The notes under the pieces are model-generated. The model saw only the letters and a program-made list of their open reading frames with translations. It was not told the DNA's origin and ran no database searches. DNA of 32,068 nucleotides from Thermomicrobium sp. (GTDB lineage Bacteria > Chloroflexota > Chloroflexia > Thermomicrobiales > Thermomicrobiaceae), in contig JBEPZP010000001.1 in NCBI GenBank assembly GCA_041640735.1, positions 1-32,068 on the forward strand, given 5' to 3'. Every line of letters starts with the position of its first letter. Positions within the stretch are counted from its first letter, which is position 1. A program made the translations under genes and the position numbers. Positions 27,032 to 32,068 of this stretch are shown here, in pieces.

Positions 27032-27487
27032 TTGGTTCGGCGTTCGTCCGTTGCACTGACCGTGGCGATCGTGCTCTGCAGCCTCCTGGTCACAGCGAGT
27101 TGTCAGCGTGGATCGGGAACGGAGGCACAGGGCACAGCCGTTTCCGTCGAGATCGTGGCCATCGAGCCGGATCCTCCAGTCATCGGGCCAGCGACGCTCC
27201 AGCTGCGCTTGCTCGACAGCCGCGGAATGCCGATCACCGGTCTCAGCACCGTGGAGGTCGAAGGCACGATGTCGCACGCCGGGATGAGACCGGTGATCGT
27301 GACGGCTCGGGAATGGAGTCCTGGCGTGTACGTCACTGAAGGGTTCACCTTCACGATGGGCGGAGACTGGATCATCCTCGTGCGCGGCACTTGGAACGGC
27401 CGGCGGTTCGAGGCCCGCACCGACATTCCCGCCGTCCGTAGCGCCACCGGGAGCACAGGTTTCCGGATCGGGGTAGCAGCGCTATGA
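27032..27487 (+). CDS. YtkA/FixH-like lipoprotein (putative copper chaperone)
   Basis: TTG start after GGAGG, lipobox 'VTASC', 'VEGTMSHAGM', 'PGVYV', 'FTMGGDWIILV'. Confidence 0.75.
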   Translation: MVRRSSVALTVAIVLCSLLVTASCQRGSGTEAQGTAVSVEIVAIEPDPPVIGPATLQLRLLDSRGMPITGLSTVEVEGTMSHAGMRPVIVTAREWSPGVYVTEGFTFTMGGDWIILVRGTWNGRRFEARTDIPAVRSATGSTGFRIGVAAL

Positions 27488-28935
27488 CTCAGGCTCGCAC
27501 CGTGCGCCTCACGAAGCGACCCGTTCGCCACGACCTCACGAGTTGGCCGCTCGTCGGTCGCTTGCTGCGCTGGCGCCATGCCCGGACGACCGCACAGATC
27601 GTCGTGCTGGCGTTGGCGCTCTTGATCCTCTACGACGGCTTCTTCGGGCCACAGCTCGCTCCAAAGAACTACGCCGGAGTACTGCCGTGGGTGCACTGGC
27701 GTGGCCTGGTGGTGCTCGCCTTGCTCGTCATCGGTAACGTGTTCTGTTTCGCCTGCCCCTTCATGCTACCGCGTCGACTAGCGCAACGACTCTTCCGACC
27801 CCGCCGTGGCTGGCCCCGCTGGCTACCGGGCAAGTGGCTCGCGGTCGCATTGCTCCTGCTGTTCTTCTGGGCCTACGAGGCGTTCGACCTCTGGGCGAGC
27901 CCGCTCCTCACCGCGTGGGTGGCTGCCGCCTATTTCCTGGTCGCCTTCGCGATCGATGGCGTTTTCCGCGGGGCTGCGTTCTGCAAACATGTCTGCCCGA
28001 TCGGCCAGTTCAACTTCGTCGGATCATTGCTCTCCCCGACCGAGGTGCGCGTGCGCGAGCCTGACCTCTGCCGGCAATGCCGGACAAAAGACTGCATCCG
28101 CGGGCGCTACGATGGTGCGGGGCGCCTGCGACAACGCGGCTGCGAACTCGGCCTCTTCCAGCAGAGCAAGGTAGGTAACCTCGACTGCACGTTCTGCCTC
28201 GACTGCGTCCAGGCGTGCCCGTACGGAAACGTCGGCGTGATGCTGCGCCGTCCGCTCCAGGACGAGACCGATCCCGAGCGCACCCGCTCCGGGATCGGCC
28301 AGCTGGCCGGTCGACCGGATTGGGCCATGCTCGTCCTCGTCCTGACCGCTCTCGGCTTCCTCAATGCGTTCGGCATGGTCAGTCCCGTGTACCGGCTCCT
28401 CGAGTGGCTCAGTCGCGCGCTTTCCGTGACGAACGAACCGCTGCTCGTCGGCATCGTCTTCGCTGGTGGACTCGCACTGCTCGGAGCACTCGTCGGACTC
28501 GCGAGCGCCGTCACTCACCTGCTGGCCGGGAGGCCGGGAGTCCGCTGGATCCTGACACGCTTCGTCTATACCCTCGCGCCCGTCGGCTTCGGCATGTGGG
28601 CGGCGCACTACCTCTTCCACTTCTTGACCGGCGCGCTGACCGTCGTGCCTTTGACGCAGAGCTTCGTGCTGGACCTGACTGGCCGGCCCTGGCTCGGGCA
28701 ACCAGCCTGGCAACTCGCCAGCCTTCTCTCGCTCGATCGAGCCACCGATGTCGTCGTGCTGGTCGTCGCCCTCGGGTTCCTCGGTTCGCTCGCCTGGACG
28801 ACCCAACTCGGCCGGCGCTATGGGTATCGCTTTGGAGCGATCCTTCCCTGGGTACTCCTACAGGGTGCGCTCTTCTTGCTCGGCGTCTGGTTACTCGGGC
28901 AACCGATGGAAATGCGCGGTACACTGCTCGGCTGA
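27484..28935 (+). CDS. Polytopic membrane 4Fe-4S protein (FesM / NapH-MauN-FixG-like)
   Basis: 'NVFCFACPF', 'FCKHVCPIG', 'CRQCRTKDC...RGC', ferredoxin motif 'CTFCLDCVQACP', many TM segments. ATGA coupling to the upstream gene. Confidence 0.85.
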   Translation: MTQARTVRLTKRPVRHDLTSWPLVGRLLRWRHARTTAQIVVLALALLILYDGFFGPQLAPKNYAGVLPWVHWRGLVVLALLVIGNVFCFACPFMLPRRLAQRLFRPRRGWPRWLPGKWLAVALLLLFFWAYEAFDLWASPLLTAWVAAAYFLVAFAIDGVFRGAAFCKHVCPIGQFNFVGSLLSPTEVRVREPDLCRQCRTKDCIRGRYDGAGRLRQRGCELGLFQQSKVGNLDCTFCLDCVQACPYGNVGVMLRRPLQDETDPERTRSGIGQLAGRPDWAMLVLVLTALGFLNAFGMVSPVYRLLEWLSRALSVTNEPLLVGIVFAGGLALLGALVGLASAVTHLLAGRPGVRWILTRFVYTLAPVGFGMWAAHYLFHFLTGALTVVPLTQSFVLDLTGRPWLGQPAWQLASLLSLDRATDVVVLVVALGFLGSLAWTTQLGRRYGYRFGAILPWVLLQGALFLLGVWLLGQPMEMRGTLLG

Positions 28936-28947
28936 GACGGAGACCGC

Positions 28948-29511
28948 ATGCAGAAACTGGCGACAGCGATCGCCCTCACCATCTGGAGCATCCTTCTCGT
29001 CACGGCCGACGCAGCCGTGCTCGCCAACGGTGGGCAGGTGCGAGTGGCCAACTACCCGGTCGGCCCGTACGAGGTGACCGTGTTCACGAGTCCGGTCCCC
29101 CTCACGACTGGTCTCGTCGACGTCAGCGTCCTCCTCCAGCGCCGGGAGACGAGAGAGATCGTCGACGGAGCGACGATCACGCTCACCGTCATCGCACCTG
29201 ACGGGACTACGCAGCGCTACCCCGTCACCAGGGAACAGGCGACGAATAGGCTGTATTACGCTGCCGAATTCACCATCGCCGAACCGGGCATCTATCAGTT
29301 CCAACTCGAAGTACGTGGACCGGAGGCTGCTGGCGCGCTGGCCTTCGAGGCGACGGTCGAGCGCGCCAGCAGTCCATTTTGGCGCTCCTGGTGGTTCTGG
29401 GGGGTGATCGGTCTCGCTGCCGTCATCGTCCTCTGGTGGCTTTTCGGTAGCGACAAGGGGTCTGTACGAAGGAACCCAGCCCCCTCGTCCCAGGCATCGA
29501 GGAGGCGGTGA
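28948..29511 (+). CDS. Exported, C-terminally membrane-anchored protein (YtkA/Ig-like)
   Basis: Signal peptide ending 'AAVLA', 'GPYEVTVFTSPVPL', 'YAAEFTIAEPGIYQFQLEVRG', Trp-rich C-terminal TM. GGAG RBS. Confidence 0.7.
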   Translation: MQKLATAIALTIWSILLVTADAAVLANGGQVRVANYPVGPYEVTVFTSPVPLTTGLVDVSVLLQRRETREIVDGATITLTVIAPDGTTQRYPVTREQATNRLYYAAEFTIAEPGIYQFQLEVRGPEAAGALAFEATVERASSPFWRSWWFWGVIGLAAVIVLWWLFGSDKGSVRRNPAPSSQASRRR

Positions 29512-30116
29512 TGCTGCGCGTGTTCGGCGCCATCGTGTTGGTCGTCGCTGTCGTCACTGTCGCCGCGGCTGGCGGTACGGCTCTCCACCGCTGGTATGCG
29601 TCGTATCGTGCCGAGGTGGCAGCGCTGGAAGGCGATGGCCGCCCGGCCCCGGTGTTCCCCGCCCCCACGCAGGAGCGGAGCATCGTGTACACGCGGTACC
29701 CGGCCTCCCGCTCGACTGTCGTTACGCTCCCAGACGCCGCGTGTCCGGCAACCGGCTCAGCGGCAGCCCAGCCATCCGTCGTGGTCGGCCGGGCGCGCTC
29801 ACTGTCCGCGCAGGGAGATGTACGGATCCTCGTCCTTCGCGTCGATCCGAGCGCCGAGAGCCCCACGAGCCTCGCGCGATCCGCCAAGCACGAGACGCGC
29901 GACCTCGACGGCTCGCGGAGCGGTGTCAGCGCAGGCTGGCGCGATCCCTCCCTCCCCCGAGGGGTTTCATGCTCGACGACCAGCGCTGTCGACTTCCCGC
30001 TCGTCGACGTCACCGACGACCTCGACCAGGACGAGCCGCATACGCAGCCCGTCAGCGGCGAGGCGCTCGAACCGGCGCGGCTGATGCGCCGACTCGAGCG
30101 CCTCGTTCCCTCGTGA
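29508..30116 (+). CDS. Degenerate Sco/SenC-like thioredoxin-fold protein (possibly a decaying gene)
   Basis: N-terminal TM, 'RPAPVF', 'VVT...CPATG', 'VRILVLRVDPSAESPTSLARSA', later 'EPHT'. Spacing matches the Sco pattern but the second Cys is Gly. GTGA coupling to the upstream gene. Confidence 0.55.
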   Translation: MMLRVFGAIVLVVAVVTVAAAGGTALHRWYASYRAEVAALEGDGRPAPVFPAPTQERSIVYTRYPASRSTVVTLPDAACPATGSAAAQPSVVVGRARSLSAQGDVRILVLRVDPSAESPTSLARSAKHETRDLDGSRSGVSAGWRDPSLPRGVSCSTTSAVDFPLVDVTDDLDQDEPHTQPVSGEALEPARLMRRLERLVPS

Positions 30117-30129
30117 GCCAACCATCCAG

Positions 30130-31524
30130 TCAATCGGAGATCTCGCTCGCGAACTCGTTTTCGGTCTCGGTGAGCGCCTCGTCGATGATCGTCACGATCC
30201 GGTCGATCTCTTCTTTGGTCACCACGAGCGGCGGCGCCACGTGCACGATTTCCCAGACCCGGGTCAAGAGCCCCTTCTCGTTCATCCGACGCTCGAGCGC
30301 CTTGACGAACGCACTGTTGCGCGGCCACTTCTCCTTGGTCGTCTTGCTCTTGACCAGCTCGATGCCGCACATGAGGCCCAACCCGCGCACGTCACCGACG
30401 GTCGGATGACGGAGCAAGCCGCGCAGCTGCTCGAGGAGATAGGCTCCCTTCTCGGCACTCTGTTGGACGAGACCCTCGCGGTCGAAGAGCTCCAGGTTCT
30501 TCAAGGCAGCCGCCGCCGCGACAGCATGTCCACCGAAGGTCAAGAGGTGGCCGAGCGGCACCTCCTTTTGCTCCTGAAAGATTTCGAAGACGCTGTCGCG
30601 CACGGCGACTGCACCCATCGGCGCATAGCCGGAGGTGATCCCCTTGGCCATCGTCATCAAGTCGGGGACGACCCCGAAATGCTCGGCGGCGAACATCCGA
30701 CCGGTACGGCCGAAACCGTTGATGACCTCGTCCATGATGAGCAACACGCCGTACTTGTCACAGATCTCACGCAGGCGCTGCCAGTACTTGGGCGAGGGGA
30801 CATGGACACCATTGGACGTAGAGATCGGTTCTCCGATGACTGCGGCCACTGTCTCCGGGTCCTGGTAGAGGATCTCTTGCTCGACGTAGTTGGCGCACAT
30901 GAGGTCGCCTTCTTCGCCCTCCAATCCGAAATCGTTGCGATAGCGATTGGGCGAAGGAACGTAGTAGACGCCGTACATGAACGGCCCGAAGAACTTCTCG
31001 TTGCGCGATTGCGTCAAGGACATCGCACCGTAGGTCATCCCATGGTAGCTCCCACGCCGAGCGATAATCTTGTAGCGTTTGGGGAAGCCACGCATCGCCT
31101 GCACTTGCTTGGCGATTTTGATAGCGCTCTCGACCGCCTCGGAACCGCCCGAACAGAAGAACACCCGGTTCAAGTCGCCTGGCAGCCGCATCGCCAGCTC
31201 GTGGGCCAGCCGTACCGTGGGGACAGTCGTGTGGTTCGCCGAGGAGACGTAGGCGACCTTCGCCGCTTGCTCGGCCATCGCTTCCGCGATCTCTCGTCTG
31301 CCATGCCCCGCGTTGACGACCCAGAGTCCGGACAGTCCGTCGATGAATTCCCGCCCGTAGACGTCCACGAGCGTACTACCGTACGCACGCTCGAAGACCC
31401 GGAACCCGCGCTCCTCAGCGAGCCGGATCCACTCGGCCGAGTGGATCCACACGTGCTTGAGTGCCTCTTGCTCGAAGTCGGGAGCGGTCCGCGGTTCCGG
31501 ATGGAGATCGACCTGCGGCTGCAT
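30130..31524 (-). CDS. Class III PLP-dependent aminotransferase (second paralog)
   Basis: 'GLWVVNAGHG', 'SGGSEAVESA', 'SYHG', 'DEVINGFGRTG', 'MAKGITSGYAP', 'HLLTFGGH'. GAGGAGG RBS. Confidence 0.93.
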   Translation of the reverse strand: MQPQVDLHPEPRTAPDFEQEALKHVWIHSAEWIRLAEERGFRVFERAYGSTLVDVYGREFIDGLSGLWVVNAGHGRREIAEAMAEQAAKVAYVSSANHTTVPTVRLAHELAMRLPGDLNRVFFCSGGSEAVESAIKIAKQVQAMRGFPKRYKIIARRGSYHGMTYGAMSLTQSRNEKFFGPFMYGVYYVPSPNRYRNDFGLEGEEGDLMCANYVEQEILYQDPETVAAVIGEPISTSNGVHVPSPKYWQRLREICDKYGVLLIMDEVINGFGRTGRMFAAEHFGVVPDLMTMAKGITSGYAPMGAVAVRDSVFEIFQEQKEVPLGHLLTFGGHAVAAAAALKNLELFDREGLVQQSAEKGAYLLEQLRGLLRHPTVGDVRGLGLMCGIELVKSKTTKEKWPRNSAFVKALERRMNEKGLLTRVWEIVHVAPPLVVTKEEIDRIVTIIDEALTETENEFASEISD

Positions 31525-31956
31525 ATGCTACCCTCCTCGCGATCTGGCGCGATAAGGTGACACTCGCCTCTCGCCGGCTCCTCGCCCGGCGATGGAGACC
31601 GGAACATCCGATCCCTGTAGCAACAGTGTCGCATGCCAGACGGATCTCGACAAGGTGTCTTACATGGAGTCCGTGAACGGCATCGTTTCTCGTTCTTGAT
31701 TCCGAAACACCTGATGACCGACGTCCGCAGACTTTCGGCATCCGCCGCACTCCGCATCCCCGAACGACTGTATCGTGCTCGAGGAACCGACGCCTACGAC
31801 GTCCGGGATGAGTGGCAACCCCACCGCGGAGTGCTTCCTCCAGGTAGCGCTGCAGCCATCTCTTGCTTCGGCAGCACAATGCTGCTATAGTGAGGAGCTG
31901 AAGTCCTCGCTGGACGGCTCGCGCAATGGCGCGCGTGCACTGGAGGAGGTCAAACC

Positions 31957-32061
31957 ATGGCTGCAACGGTGCGGCACCGACATCGAGTGACGACGAACCA
32001 CTGTAGTTCCCCTGTCCCGAACGCCCCGACAGCACGCGCAGCTGCCATGAGGCGCCGCTGA
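31957..32061 (+). CDS. Possible 34-aa small ORF
   Basis: Strong SD GGAGGAGGT (31942-31950), ATG 31957, TGA ending at 32061. Extended -10 TGCTATAGT at 31883-31891. No recognisable homology. Confidence 0.25.
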   Translation: MAATVRHRHRVTTNHCSSPVPNAPTARAAAMRRR

Positions 32062-32068
32062 TCACGTC

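Noticed and set aside
31620-31638. Sigma54-like TGGCA...TTGC on the minus strand upstream of the second aminotransferase
   Set aside because: GG-to-GC spacing is 14 nt rather than the required 10.
31775-31990. 71-aa ORF with 'SLDGSRNGARALEEV', faintly like a universal stress protein N-terminus
   Set aside because: The match is too short, the preceding hydrophobic beta-strand is missing, and the ORF overlaps a likelier promoter/RBS region.
1-32068. CRISPR arrays, tRNA/rRNA genes, IS elements, integrases, prophage or defence genes
   Set aside because: No periodic repeats, structural RNA signatures or transposase/integrase/nuclease motifs were seen by eye.

Overview
High-GC (roughly 65%, estimated by eye) bacterial chromosomal segment. 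Gene content and style suggest a Thermomicrobia-like Chloroflexota (inference). It is mostly housekeeping: a DUF4349-like lipoprotein, a MarR-led DrrAB-type ABC exporter, mnmA, moaC, two class III (omega) aminotransferases, greA-ybaK, the rpmH-rnpA-yidD-yidC-jag(khpB)-pfkB cluster with no adjacent dnaA, a serine hydrolase, a large multi-GAF/HD-GYP protein, an MFS transporter, a T-box-controlled type 2 ileS, a methyltransferase, an amidohydrolase, a PPi-type phosphofructokinase and an ABM-domain protein. The most interesting region is 26.6-30.1 kb, a five-gene putative copper-handling operon. It begins with a small exported CxC/His-rich ORF ending in poly-Pro, whose Pro codons are complementary to the next gene's Shine-Dalgarno sequence, resembling CutF/CruR-type ribosome-stalling copper sensors. 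This is followed by a YtkA/FixH-like lipoprotein, a polyferredoxin membrane protein, a membrane-anchored exported protein and a degenerate Sco-like protein (CxxxC changed to CxxxG). Other notable points are an IleRS with the non-canonical GVHH signature (the class linked to mupirocin hyper-resistance) and a beta-lactamase-fold hydrolase whose catalytic Ser appears replaced by Ala. No CRISPR array, tRNA, rRNA or mobile element was seen.
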